Assembly: GCA_964016885.1 (NCBI GenBank)
Contig: OZ024751.1
Coordinates: 33,170,001 to 33,234,000, forward strand
Length of the DNA: 64,000 nucleotides
Direction: 5' to 3'
From: Eledone cirrhosa
Lineage: Eukaryota
Shown: positions 16,717 through 30,550 of the stretch, one piece after another
Position numbering within the stretch: position 1 is the first letter of the stretch
Layout: the number at the start of each line of letters is the position of its first letter
Position numbers and translations under genes: made by a program
Notes under the pieces: model-generated
Database searches by the model: none
What the model was told of the DNA's origin: nothing
What the model saw: the letters and a program-made list of their open reading frames with translations, nothing else

Positions 16717-17219
16717 ATATATATATATATGTGTGTGTGTGTGTACATATGCATGCTATAAGCGATAACCCAAACAGACTGCCTGGAAATTCCTGAAGAC
16801 AACAAACTAAATTCTTTAATCTCTTTCGTATTTACTAAATTGATAAATAAGATATGACAAAAACTCAGTCAACTTTCTTCGAAATAACTTGGAAATTAGA
16901 TTAGATGCGAACAAAGCGAAACTGCTGCATTCAGTAGTATTTCGGTAGAGTAGTAGTCAGGAAGTGCTTAACTTCGTTTTGATTATATTTCCTTTCCGTC
17001 ACTTAGGATTATGTTTCATCAAAGAAAAAGCAGACATTGTTGAAAATGGTCAGAAAGAATTCTTGACATGAATAAATTGTTGTTGATCAGGAAATATCTA
17101 CCCAAATATTTATTGATTTCAAGCAGTATTTCAGTTTAAGTACTATCGCATGAAATACCTGCTTGAAGAAGAACCTCTTCTGCAGGCACAAACACACATA
17201 TATACACAGACACACACAT

Positions 17220-17310
<91 letters not shown>

Positions 17311-17638
17311 GTATTATATCTGTATCTGTGTATATATATACATATATATATATATATCATATATATATATATATATTATTTTTGCCATTTGTCAAGAATA
17401 ATAATAACTATACACCAAGATTTTCTACGAAGTTTACTTTTCTTTATTAGATATTTATTCATAGAAGAGGAATATTTATCGGGCAACAGAAGAGGAATAG
17501 GAAGATCTCTCCTCCAACTAGGTGAATATATCATGTTTTAGACACAATATTCCACGATATCAATATAAGAAACAGTTCAATCATATTTTCCTGAAATACA
17601 TGGTATGAAGTATATCCATCAACAATATTACTTTAACT

Positions 17639-17996
17639 CAGAGTTTCTCAAAGTGCGTGTTACTGCCACCTGGGTACGTTGAGAAGGTCCAATGGGGTGC
17701 TGGGGTCAAAGTGGGTAATGAGGTAGGGGGCGGTAGAGATGATATAATAGTATATTATAATATATTAAATATCAACTGTATACATATTATACGATACAGT
17801 AACAAAAAAAATATATAATATTTATTTTTACATAGTATATATATTATTTATTATATATAAATTAACTATTTTATCTATTATATATTATTTACAATTTGCA
17901 TGTAGGCAGGTCTCTCTGAAAATAGGGTTGGTGGCGTTGAGGGAATTACATGGCTGTGAGTGAGGGCGGCGGCGCCAAAAGTTTTGAGAACCTTTG
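17639..17996. mobile_element. hAT (Charlie-like) MITE, duplicate copy
   Basis: Same TIRs and TSD as 9653-10010, inside duplication copy 2. Confidence 0.75.
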
Positions 17997-18415
17997 ATTT
18001 AACTGATCAAAACAAATGTAATATGTTTCGTAAGTTAATTTTAATACTCACCATCCATACGTTTGTTTATTATTCTATAACACCTATATCGCTTATATCT
18101 AATGAATGTGATAAACCTTCTAATGGGATCTATCATAAAATCTTACATCAATACTAAGCATATTTCTGTAGTGATACTTAAAATCATGTAATGCCTATTC
18201 CTTTACATGACGAGGTAAAACCTCGTATGCTTCTATCGTAATACTTTTAACCCATACTTATTGGATAGAGAGGTTATATCCAGCTCTACCTTCCTTGTAC
18301 TAACTTAAAGTTGGTGGATGAAAGTTGAAATGGAAGTCACTCAGAAAGTATTAGATCCTGTTATATAGCGGCATTATCAAATAAACATTCCGCAAATTCC
18401 CCAGTATCTAACTTG

Positions 18416-18470
<55 letters not shown>

Positions 18471-19318
18471 CATATATACACACATATATATATATATACA
18501 TACATACATACATATATACACAGACACACACACATATATATATATATATATGAGTGTGTTTGTGATGTGTATGTGTGTGTGTGTGATGTGTATGTGTGTG
18601 TGTGTGATGTGTATGTGTGTGTGTGTGTGATGTGTATGTGTGTGTGTGTGTGTGTACTTCTTTTCTTCTTTTACATTATTTCTGGGGAAAGAGTGGCGAA
18701 ACTAAAGCAGAAAACTGTGCCCTTTCTCAAATTATCATTTGAAATTCTAGACTCAATGAGTGTTATAGAATGGATATGTAATAGACGTAGAACATATATG
18801 GGTTCCCAAACGAGAAATCTTTGCGCTGAAGTTGCCAGAGTTCTGTAAAAGTGCCATGTGTCGTACAACGAAGACGTAGCTTCTAGCAAATAATAATAAT
18901 AAAGGTTAGGAGTTGAGGTAGAAAGACAGTGTTTATCTTTACATGTGCTTGTGGATGTCTTAGATGAAGGACAAACGAGTGGTTGGCTTCGGATAAAGGC
19001 TAATTGTTTTGTTGTTGTTTAGCACTAGGTCAGCCTTGTTTAAACAAATCTATGATGACAGACATTCCAGCCGTGACCGTTCCATCTCTTATTCAGATAT
19101 ATTGTATCCATGAACATTTAGAATACTTTCTTACTCATCTCAAAACGATAGATTGTGATTTGTCGGATATTTGGCTACTACTTCTAGTACGACGAGTTAC
19201 CACACAGAGGCATCTTTCTTGCCACGACATCTACACCATCAGGTATAAAGACAATAGTATTATGATCATCAGTATCAACATCAACATCATCATCATCATC
19301 AACATAATGATAGTAATA

Positions 19319-19498
19319 ATTGTTTCTACTTTTTGGCACAAGGCAAACAATAAACCAGTGTATTACTGGTACTTTATTTTATCGACCCCGGAAGGATGAA
19401 AGGCAAAGTTAACCTCGGTGGGATTTGAACTCAGAACGTAAAAGGCCATTACTCTATGCTGCAAAGCATGGTGTCTGACGCTCTACCGGTACTGCCAA
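19319..19498 (-). mobile_element. tRNA-derived SINE (family 1)
   Basis: Minus strand reads TGGCAGTACCGGTAGAGCG (A-box-like) ... GAGTTCAAATCCC (B-box) ... CTTTGCCTTTCATCCTTCCGGGGTCGATAAAATAAAGTACCAG. The same core recurs many times in the window. Confidence 0.85.
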
Positions 19499-19769
19499 AA
19501 ATAAAAATAATAATAATGAATTTACCATCATACCATCACCATAATCATCATCTCACCATCATCATCATCATCATCATCTCTATCTTATAGTTATATCACT
19601 TCTGTTGTAATAGCTGTGACATTCGCCAAGAGATCTTTATATCATGTTTTCCAAATTTACTTTACTTTGTTTTATAATTTTATTGAAAATTGTCTTTAAA
19701 AAATATCTAATTTTCGTATGGGTAATTTGAGCATGTTGGATGTTGTGGCATCAACCATAAAAAACACCA

Positions 19770-19805
<36 letters not shown>

Positions 19806-20125
19806 ACAACAACATCGTCGTCATCATCATCTTCATCACTATCATCATCAACATCATCATTATCCTCATCATTAAAGAAGACCGCACCTTCTAATCAATT
19901 TGTCTAATTGCCAGAGTTCTTATTTAATGACGAAGCTGTAAAAATGAAGTTGAATTGCATTGATATTAGTTAAAGACACTCCTTCTGCGAAGAAACAATT
20001 AAAGCAGGTGTAAAAAGATAGCTGAGGAGAGAAAACAATAACCAAACACTGGAGCAACAAATATAACTATATAGAGAGAGTAGAAACACAAAACAAAACT
20101 ATATGAAGAATAACAACTAGAAATA

Positions 20126-20183
<58 letters not shown>

Positions 20184-20324
20184 TAAAAAGGAAAGAAAAT
20201 GCTGACAAATTTTTCCCAGTGAAAAATACTTTAATTAGGAATAAGTATAAGTTAGTAATAAGTATTGGTTAGTATTCAGTTTTAGTTTTAAGTTTTTACC
20301 GGTTGCGCATTTCTTATGCTTTTC

Positions 20325-20396
20325 AAAAATAATTTTGAGATAGAGTGCTCGTGATTTTTGCAAAAATCACGAGCACTCTATCTCAAAATTATTTTT
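20325..20396. repeat. Perfect 72-bp palindrome (36-bp arms, no spacer)
   Basis: aaaaataattttgagatagagtgctcgtgatttttg|caaaaatcacgagcactctatctcaaaattattttt. Confidence 0.95.
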
Positions 20397-20413
20397 ATGT
20401 GTGTGTGTGTGTG

Positions 20414-20496
<83 letters not shown>

Positions 20497-21099
20497 GGGG
20501 ATAGAAACATTGACAGAACTGTATGAAGAATGTATTAAATATTTGAGGCTGATAACAATGGAAACCACTTCTATATAATTGCTTTCCTCTCTAACATTGC
20601 ATGCCATATAAAGGAGACAATATCCACGAGGCAACTAAACAAAGTAAATTACTGGTAATACATTTATAAATCTGGGAAAGACAATAGAACGTAAATAGAT
20701 ACTTTTCTTCTTCTCATCATGGGCTATGGATGTTGAAACATCAAATTTAATTTTATTTGAAAACATATAAGTGGGTGATATAAAGACAATAGTTTAGAAG
20801 TGGAGGGTAGAATATATTAACTTTTGAAGACATCCTAGATTGATGAGTTGAATTCTGTTAATGGACAGCCTGAGAAGCTAATAAAAACACTAAAATACGA
20901 GTTGGAGCTTTAGCTGTTGCAAATATGGCTTGTTGGAATGCAACACACAACAGCTTTAGGCTATATTGGAGCATGTCAGCTAAATGGAGCCACTTTTTCA
21001 CTTAAATGGAAATATGGAAGATCTCAGATTCATCATGGAACGGTGGTAATTGAATTATTATTATTGTATCAATGTAATAACGATTGCTAGTTTTGTGTT

Positions 21100-21306
21100 G
21101 TAAACTTAATATGTCATCTGAGTTAACGACAATATCATGTCCTTGGATGGTTTAATGGAGTTTAGTCTGTTGCAAGCAATCGTAGACTTCATATTTCATC
21201 CGAGTTTACAACATTTGGTCCTTGGATGGTTTAACGGAGTTTTGTCTGTTGCAAGCAATCGTAGACTTAATATTTCATCCGAGCTAACAACATTTCGTCC
21301 TTGGAG
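21100..21306 (+). repeat. 79-bp tandem repeat, ~2.5 copies
   Basis: 'gtccttgga' starts at 21139, 21218 and 21297; the two full units share 'gtctgttgcaagcaatcgtagactt'. Confidence 0.85.
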
Positions 21307-21898
21307 TGTCTAAGAGTATATTATACACATTTTCTTCATTTAAAAGCAGAGTAGTTTCTTCTTTCAGAGAGATTTGTTTCCTGCTATTTCTAGAATGTTC
21401 AGAACAATGCTACCTCTTAAAATCGTACCTGTAATATACAGCGAAATATATTTATCGATTATACAGTTCAATCCACTACGAATGTTTGCCTCTTGTCTAA
21501 TGAAATGATACAGTAATTATTAAGATAGTGTATTGATGTTTTACTAAATATCGCTGTTAACTGACTGCAATGAAATAGAAAGTCGAAATCTTCAGACTTA
21601 TAACACGAATGGACATGAAGGGATGTAACAACATGTAGTAAGACATTCTGTATGCAGCTTTCTAATGTTTCTGCTAAATGAAGAGATTTCAAATATGTTT
21701 GATTATAGACCTGAACCATCATTTATAGCAGATGAGATAATTTGCCTTCAGAACATAAAATTAAATTGTGAGAGTGAAAAAGAAAAAAAATAGGAATATA
21801 TTTAGCAAAGAAGTTACTATTTTATAAATCAATGGAATTCTTCTTCACTTGGTTGTCAAGTGGTTTTCTCCAGCTCTAGGTAAATGAGGAAATGAAAA

Positions 21899-22014
<116 letters not shown>

Positions 22015-22189
22015 AGACGAAGACGACGAAGGAGGAGGATGAGGAGGAGGAAAAGGAGAAGAAGACTGTATATATGTATACATAAATACACATACATACA
22101 CACGTACAAACGCACACAACACATATACATATGTATATACATATACACACATATACATATATATATATATACATATATATATGTATATA

Positions 22190-22268
<79 letters not shown>

Positions 22269-22646
22269 AATATGGAGGAGAGATTAAGTGAATTTCCTTG
22301 GTGAGGTCAGAATCCTACGTTTCCGCTAATAACAGAAAAAAGTGCTTGAGTGTTATTTGCATAAAAAGGAAACCACAGATTAGAGGAGATTTTGAGGAAA
22401 GTAAAGCGATATATATTAAACGGGAAACTAGCAAAGAAAGACGAAAGTGTTCAGTGCAAATAGTCAAAGGCAGTATTTGAAGTGTATTGAAAGAAAGTGG
22501 TTTCCAAGTGAAGCGATCGATCGTTTATTCATATTGAATAGGTGGTATTATGAGTGAGCATGAATTTGGACAAATCTCGTTGGATGTTTGCGAAAGCCTG
22601 AGAAAGTTTATTTGCTAAATGGACAACGATCCGATATTATTAGAAC

Positions 22647-22709
<63 letters not shown>

Positions 22710-22714
22710 GTAAC

Positions 22715-22745
<31 letters not shown>

Positions 22746-22867
22746 GTAATAAACATGCCTTCCATTTAAATACCTTGTAAAGGCTATCCGCAAATCAGAC
22801 GTAAACAAAATCGAAGAAACTACGTAAAAAAAGTAGGATATGTCATGAACAAATATCGCATATAATG

Positions 22868-22914
<47 letters not shown>

Positions 22915-23789
22915 GTGTGTGTGTTTGTATATAACAACACACGTACACACACAAGAACTTGTCCGATGACCCCGTGATAAACAGGGCGAATCTTCAGATT
23001 AACAAGACTCACTACTTAGCCTTAATAAATGAATATGAAAACTCTACTTCGGTATTGAGTACTCTTTTCTATCAGCTGTCAACCACATACGGATATATAT
23101 AGAGATAGGGGCGTGTGCATATAGATAGGAACCGGCCTAGCTGTGCTCGTTAGGTTCAGGTGCCATTCTTGGGGAAGTCGTTGACTAATGGCTTTTCAGC
23201 AATATTTGGTCGGAGGAAACAATATATATATCATCATCATCGCTGTTGAACGTCTATGTTCCACTCTTGCATGGGTTAAACAACTTGTCAAATTATGAGA
23301 CAGGTAAGGTCAGGTGACCGGATGCCCATTCTAATGTCACCCACATTACAGTGTGAACTTGGAGCTTTTTATCGTGGTACCAAAATAGACATCTGTGTGG
23401 GTGTGTGTGTGTGTTAGTTTGTTTGTGTGTGTGTTAGTTTGTTTGTGTGTGTGTTAGTTTGTTTGTGTTTTAATCAACGTTAGGCTTTTATTGACTTCTA
23501 ACCAGTCAAGCAGCCAAATAAGTGTTCACTCGTTGTCGCTCATGGTATGATTATAGATTTCTACCCTGACAAGCACGTGATTGCTGCAGACAAATAGACT
23601 CCGTCTGGCCATAGAAGAGAGAAAGATTTATATACATATATACACACACAAATATATATATGTATATATATATATATGTATATAGATCATAAAATGATGA
23701 ATTTTTTTTATATAAGGAACTGTTTCTTTGTTTTTATTCATTATTTTTATTAATTTATGTATGTATATATATATATATATATATATATC

Positions 23790-23980
23790 GGAAAAAGTAT
23801 GCCCCCGACGGCAGAGCTCAAGCCGTTTCGACGGCTATTTCTGTCCAGAAATAGCCGTCGAAACGGCTTGAGCTCTGCCGTCGGGGTCATACTTTTTCCT
23901 ATTTTCCACTCTACTACCCTAAGTATTGAGTACTCTGGTGCGTTATGGTCCATCTGGTTCTTTACCACAATTCGTTTGTT
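23790..23980 (+). mobile_element. PLE family A 3'-end fragment with 54-bp fold-back arms (23790-23843 / 23846-23899) and ~80-bp tail
   Basis: Near-perfect hairpin with a 2-nt loop. 23846-23980 is the reverse complement homolog of ~36143-36280. Flanked by (TA)n. Retains the 3' half of the hammerhead (gaaa-cggc-loop-gccgtc-gggg). Confidence 0.85.
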
Positions 23981-24115
23981 ATATATATATATATCAAAAA
24001 CATACTTACATGTTTACGTTTATAATTTGCTTGTTTATATATATATATACAAATTATGCTAATTGGGAGAGGAAATGGTATATATTTTATCTAATAATTC
24101 TAAGGACATAATTTA

Positions 24116-24178
<63 letters not shown>

Positions 24179-24180
24179 AA

Positions 24181-24370
24181 TATATTAACAAATGGAAACT
24201 ATATTTATAAAACCATATTTATTTCATTATACATATTTCAAGGGCCACCAGAGCAAACTATGGTGCGCTTTCATCAGATAAAATATAATATAGATTAGTT
24301 TTATAAATAAATATTGACATACCCTTAAAAAATGCAACCATTCTGGTTGGAATCTCCTGGATAGTCAAAA
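24181..24370 (-). mobile_element. PLE-like family B diverged copy
   Basis: Homologous to 38711-38886 (aaatggaaactatatttataaaaccatatttattt...cgctttcatcagataaaata...tggttggaa..ctggatagt); lies next to (TA)n. Confidence 0.8.
24220..24285 (-). ncRNA. Minimal type I hammerhead ribozyme motif (family B)
   Basis: Minus strand: tattttat-CTGATGA-aagcgcacca[tagtttgctc]tggtggccctt-GAAA-t[atgt]aTA-atgaaata. Stem I, core, stem II, 2-bp stem III and an AUA triplet are present. Confidence 0.7.
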
Positions 24371-25384
24371 TTAAATATAACCTCTATATATATATATATA
24401 TTTATATTAAGAAAGAAAGAGAGAAAGTGGGAGAGAGAGAGTGAGACAGAAAAACAGAAGAAGAGAGACAGTTGATGACGAGTTTTTGTGTATATATCTA
24501 TATTTCTATCGTCCTCTAAACAAAGCTTTCCACGTAACCTTTCCTCCATTTCCACACAACAAAGTTTTTAACAGCTCAAAGCTTGACATTTTACATAACA
24601 ACCATTCTCAGATATTTAATATACGACGCTTTCTTTACTTTTGTAAACATTTTTGTATTTTCTCATTTTACGATTCCAACTGGTTTATTAAGTCATGCCT
24701 TAGTGTATTGTTTCAAAATACATGCCTTGTTTTGTTTGGGTTTTGGGAGTTTTGCTTTTGTTACTTTTAGATTTATCGTGTTAATTACAAAAAAAAAATG
24801 AAAAAAAGATTGTAAAAATAACAAGAAAACAATGACAAAGATATAGCTTAATTATTGCAGTCGTTTACACTACCTTGCAGTCATATATTCACTCGTCTAA
24901 TTGCACCTATCTTAATCTTCATTCAGATCTTCCAAATTATATTCTTGCGATGATTCAGTGCTGCTTTGAAGTATGTCTGCAGAAAGAATGTTACAACGTA
25001 ACTGTATCCGTAGTTAACATACAGCTTTCTCCCTTCTTCTGATCATACATAACCCAAAGTTAATCACCAAGAATAGAATGATATTGGTATATTCTAAACT
25101 CTACCTGCTTTCATAAAGGATTTCATTCTTATACAAACTGACCTTAATTTCCTCGGCATGCAGAGTTACATGATTGTACATCCGGTCATCTCTGGGGACT
25201 TTCCGGTATCTTTAACAGCTTCGGAATAACAACAACACTCACCTATTCTTTGTGAGAACAACAGCCTTTTGAAAATATAACGAAACACACTACACATACA
25301 CCCCCAATCGGCGTATATACATGTCTCTGTGCATTTGTGCGTGTGTATATATATACAATCAAACACACATAACAGCAAATATAA

Positions 25385-25450
<66 letters not shown>

Positions 25451-25465
25451 ACACACACACACACA

Positions 25466-25499
<34 letters not shown>

Positions 25500-25634
25500 T
25501 CTACAGTTGCATTCAGTGCTTATATGGGTGCCACCTACAGTTATTACTCAATGACCTACACACACACACTCACACAGACACACATACATATACATACATA
25601 TATATATGTATACACATGCACACACCCATATATA

Positions 25635-25690
<56 letters not shown>

Positions 25691-26099
25691 CAACATGGTG
25701 ATTCATAATAGAGATATATATGAAGGTATATATGATATGTTTATGTATAATCAACATACAAGGGTCTCGCTATAAACATATGTCATCATAAGCCGGTGAG
25801 GATATCAGACACGTGTTTCTGTTTGTTTATCCGTCATCAGTGACATTTATTCACTCGGTCCTGAGCCAACTATAAACTAAATGAAAAATCGGGGGCGGGG
25901 GGCTTCTACTTTACTTAATTGCTTCTCACCTGATCAGGATAGTTTCTTATTAATCATTTTGGAAGTGTGTTTATATGTGTATGAAGTTATAAACAGAATA
26001 ATTACATTAGATCTGACTAATATGTACTGTTCAGACGGTAGTGGTATAGCTGTACCAGTAATACCATTCTACTCTTCATGTTATCTCAGTACTGTTAAC

Positions 26100-26215
26100 T
26101 TATACATAGAGTCCTTTCCAGTATTGTTTCATCGATTCATTCTACATTGCAATAAAAATAGTTTAAAGTCTCTCATTTATTATGTTATGTGGCTCTCTCT
26201 CTCCCTCTCTCTCCC

Positions 26216-26246
<31 letters not shown>

Positions 26247-26490
26247 CCCGATCGCTCTGCTTATCCCTCACCTCTCTCCCCACTCTCTCCTCTTCCCACT
26301 GCCCACTCCTCCCCCCTATCTCTCTCTCCACATATAAAATACAAGTTTGACAATATATGTCGGCGTTTTTATTCACATGCTGAGACAGTTAAGACAGAGA
26401 CGTATGGAATATGTAAATAAATAAGTAATAAACTACATATCAATTGCGAAGATAAACAACATATAGAGACACAACAAAATGATCGTTCAA
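26100..26490 (+). repeat. Left arm of a diverged ~390-bp inverted repeat (partner 29775-30140)
   Basis: 'gacaatatatgtcggcgtttttattcacatgctgagacagttaagacagag' is mirrored by 'ctctgtcttaactgtctcagcatgtgaataaaaacgtcgacatatattgtc'; similarity extends on both sides of an internal (CT)n. Confidence 0.85.
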
Positions 26491-26519
26491 ATGATAGACA
26501 AATAAAATATAATTTTCAG

Positions 26520-28416
26520 CACATCTTTCCTGAGAGTTGTTATACAGCTAGGTAGTACAATAAGTATGTCACATCTTTCCCGAGAGTTGTTATACAGCTA
26601 GGTAGTACAATAAATATGTCACATCTTTCCAGAGAGTTGTTATACAGCTAGGTAGTACAATAAATATGTCACATCTTTCCAGAGAGTTGTTGTATAGCTA
26701 GGTAGTACAATAAATATGTCACATCTTTCCCGAGAGTTGTTATATAGCTAGGTAGTACAATAAGTATGTCACATCTTTCCTGAGAGTTGTTATATAGCTA
26801 GGTAGTACAATAAGTATGTCACATCTTTCCCGAGAGTTGTTATATAGCTAGGTAGTACAATAAGTATGTCACATCTTTCCTGAGAGTTGTTATATAGCTA
26901 GGTAGTACAATAAGTATGTCACATCTTTCCCGAGAGTTGTTATATAGCTAGGTAGTACAATAAGTATGTCACATCTTTCCCGAGAGTTGTTATATAGCTA
27001 GGTAGTACAATAAATATGTCACATCTTTCCTGGGAGTTGTTATATAGCTAGGTAGTACAATAAGTATGTCACATCTTTCCCGAGAGTTGTTATACAGCTA
27101 GGTAGTACAATAAATATGTCATATCTTTCCTGAGAGTTGTTATATAGCTAGGTAGTACAATAAATATGTCACATCTTTCCTGAGAGTTGTTATATAGCTA
27201 GGTAGTACAATAAATATGTCACATCTTTCCAGAGAGTTGTTATACAGCTAGGTAGTACAATAAGTATGTCACATCTTTCCCGAGAGTTGTTATATAGCTA
27301 GGTAGTACAATAAGTATGTCACATCTTTCCTGAGAGTTGTTATATAGCTAGGTAGTACAATAAGTATGTCACATCTTTCCCGAGAGTTGTTGTATAGCTA
27401 GGTAGTACAATAAATATGTCACATCTTTCCTGAGAGTTGTTATACAGCTAGGTAGTACAATAAGTATGTCACATATTTCCAGAGAGTTGTTATATAGCTA
27501 GGTAGTACAATAAATATGTCACATCTTTCCTGAGAGTTGTTATACAGCTAGGTAGTACAATAAATATGTCACATCTTTCCTGAGAGTTGTTATATAGCTA
27601 GGTAGTACAATAAATATGTCACATCTTTCCCGAGAGTTGTTATACAGCTAGGTAGTACAATAAGTATGTCACATATTTCCAGAGAGTTGTTATATAGCTA
27701 GGTAGTACAATAAATATGTCACATCTTTCCTGAGAGTTGTTATACAGCTAGGTAGTACAATAAATATGTCACATCTTTCCTGAGAGTTGTTATATAGCTA
27801 GGTAGTACAATAAATATGTCACATCTTTCCTGAGAGTTGTTATATAGCTAGGTAGTACAATAAGTATGTCACATCTTTCCTGAGAGTTGTTATACAGCTA
27901 GGTAGTACAATAAATATGTCACATCTTTCCTGAGAGTTGTTATACAGCTAGGTAGTACAATAAGTATGTCACATCTTTCCCGAGAGTTGTTATACAGCTA
28001 GGTAGTACAATAAATATGTCATATCTTTCCTGAGAGTTGTTATATAGCTAGGTAGTACAATAAATATGTCACATCTTTCCTGAGAGTTGTTGTATAGCTA
28101 TGTAGTACAATAAGTATGTCACATCTTTCCTGAGAGTTGTTATACAGCTAGGTAGTACAATAAATATGTCACATCTTTCCTGAGAGTTGTTATACAGCTA
28201 GGTAGTACAATAAGTATGTCACATCTTTCCCGAGAGTTGTTATACAGCTAGGTAGTACAATAAATATGTCATATCTTTCCTGAGAGTTGTTATATAGCTA
28301 GGTAGTACAATAAATATGTCACATCTTTCCTGAGAGTTGTTGTATAGCTATGTAGTACAATAAGTATGTCACATCTTTCCTGAGAGTTGTTATACAGCTA
28401 GGTAGTACAATAAATA
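26520..28416 (+). repeat. 50-bp minisatellite, ~38 copies
   Basis: Unit acatctttcc(t/c/a)gagagttgttata(c/t)agctaggtagtacaataa(g/a)tatgtc, very homogeneous. Confidence 0.98.
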
Positions 28417-28551
28417 GATATGTGTTTCTAAATATAATTCTTTTCACCTTTCCTGAGCTCTCTGATTGTTTGCTTTGCACGAAATCTTAATTTTGGGTGC
28501 AATTACAGACTTTATAATCATACCGATACTACCCACATATACACATATAGC

Positions 28552-28625
<74 letters not shown>

Positions 28626-28806
28626 TGTTTGGGTATGTATGTAGGTTCAGGCTTCTCATGTTCTATCTGAAACACCACTCATATATTAAGGGGTTCAAAC
28701 AACATTCCCTATCGTGGAAATCTTACGAAATCGCGTCGTCATTTTTCCTGTCGCTCTTTCTCTCCTTTAATTCACAACTACGATAAATATGGCCACTGTC
28801 ATTATT

Positions 28807-28986
28807 AGTTTCTAATTTGAATCACAAGACCAACAATGTTTAATGGGGGCAGAAATCGATTATATCGATACCAGTACTTAACCAGAATTTATTTTATCGC
28901 CTCCTGAAGGATGAAAGGCAAAGGTAACCATAGCTAAATTTTAAACTCCTAACAGAGAGTACTGGAACTATTACAATTCTACCAAT
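28807..28986 (-). mobile_element. Degenerate SINE (family 1)
   Basis: Contains 'ttttatcgcctcctgaaggatgaaaggcaaaggtaacc', the shared SINE core. Confidence 0.65.
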
Positions 28987-29159
28987 CCTACGTTACGTTA
29001 CGTCTCACCGTCATTATTGACGTCATTTGACACTGGGTTCACAATAAATCTATCAAAATATTTTCAACAATTTCCTTTCTCTCCATATTGTATTTCTATT
29101 TACGTCATGTCTAATATTTATTTAATTTACTAATCTCCAGTGGTAATATGGTGGGAATA

Positions 29160-29285
29160 TGGTGACGTATTGACAGATCATTACGAAATATTGATGTTTG
29201 GGGATTTGTTCTAGTTCACTGGGATCTGTGTTCAAATCCCGTCGAGGCTGGCTTTGCCTATCATCCTTCTGGGGTTGATACTGAA
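29160..29285 (+). mobile_element. Degenerate SINE (family 1-related)
   Basis: B-box 'gttcaaatccc' followed by 'ctttgcctatcatccttctggggttgata'. Confidence 0.6.
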
Positions 29286-29382
29286 TTTCATTCTCGTTTT
29301 ATCTCTTTTTATCCTTCTCTCTCTCCCTCTCTCTCACTCGCTCTCTCTCTCTCTCCCTCTTTTATCTCTCCCTCTCTCTCTA

Positions 29383-29424
<42 letters not shown>

Positions 29425-29774
29425 TTCACTCTCCTTATATCACTAGAAGAGACTGCCAGTGTTCCGACCTAGAAATGGATGGGCTCTGCCAGTTTTAAAA
29501 GCCCAACACATGACGTTTGTCAGGAAGGTTCCACCAAGTATCCACGAAAAAGTAAGGACCATGAAGCGCCCTTTCTCTAGTAATCTCCAGTAGAAATAAT
29601 GGAGTCTGTGGGAGGGTGACTAAAAAGAAGGGGCTGTGTAAGGGTTACTGAATCTTCACAAAAATATATTTATATTTATGATATTGTTCAGTTGAAGGAC
29701 AAGTATTAGATAAGCTGAAATATTTAAAGTTTTGGAATTCGTGTTTTTTTTTCTAAAGAATTTTAAGAATTGAC

Positions 29775-30140
29775 AATGAACGAACATTGTTTGTGTCCCT
29801 ATATGTTGTTTATCTTCTCAATTGACATCTCGTTTATTACTTATTTATTTACATATTCCATACGTTTTAAAACTCCATTCCTGCCTCTGTCTTAACTGTC
29901 TCAGCATGTGAATAAAAACGTCGACATATATTGTCAACCTTATATTTTATATATGGAGAGAGGGGGAGGAGGAGAGACAGATTGAGATAAGGAGAGTGAT
30001 TGAGAGAGAGAAAGAGAGAGAGAGAGGTGAGAGAGAGAGAGAGGGGGAGATTCACATGATATAACAAGTGACAGTATTTAAGACGTTTTTATTGCGCTGT
30101 GGAATGAATCGATGAAATAATCTTAGAAACGGGTCTACAC
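29775..30140 (-). repeat. Right arm of the diverged inverted repeat (partner 26100-26490)
   Basis: Reverse-complement similarity to 26100-26490, with a ~19-bp extra segment near 29865-29885. Confidence 0.85.
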
Positions 30141-30295
30141 AGAAGGATTATTATATACTGTAGTTATATAAATATATATATATATAAATATTATATATAT
30201 ATATGTGTATATATGTATATTATATATATATACATATATATATATGTGTATATATGTATATTATATATATATACATATATATATATGTGTATATA

Positions 30296-30392
<97 letters not shown>

Positions 30393-30439
30393 GATAGTGA
30401 GTAAAATAGAAGTTTCAGCTAGCAGCATACGAAACACAC

Positions 30440-30550
30440 ACCTACCAAGAACCTCATTAGACCGTTGTTCTGCGTTCTAAGTTCAAATCCCGCCAAGGCC
30501 AACTTTGTCTTTCAACCATTCGAGGTTGATAAAACAGTACTAGTCGTGGA
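30440..30550 (+). mobile_element. Degenerate SINE (family 1-related)
   Basis: 'gttctaagttcaaatcccgccaaggccaactttgtctttcaaccattcgaggttgataaaa'. Confidence 0.6.

Noticed and set aside
20295-20330. Possible hammerhead on the minus strand (ttgaaaa...gaaatgcgca)
   Set aside because: No convincing stem II, and the U of the NUH triplet is missing.
26520-28416. CRISPR-like regular array
   Set aside because: Units are contiguous with no unique spacers, there are no cas genes and the context is eukaryotic.
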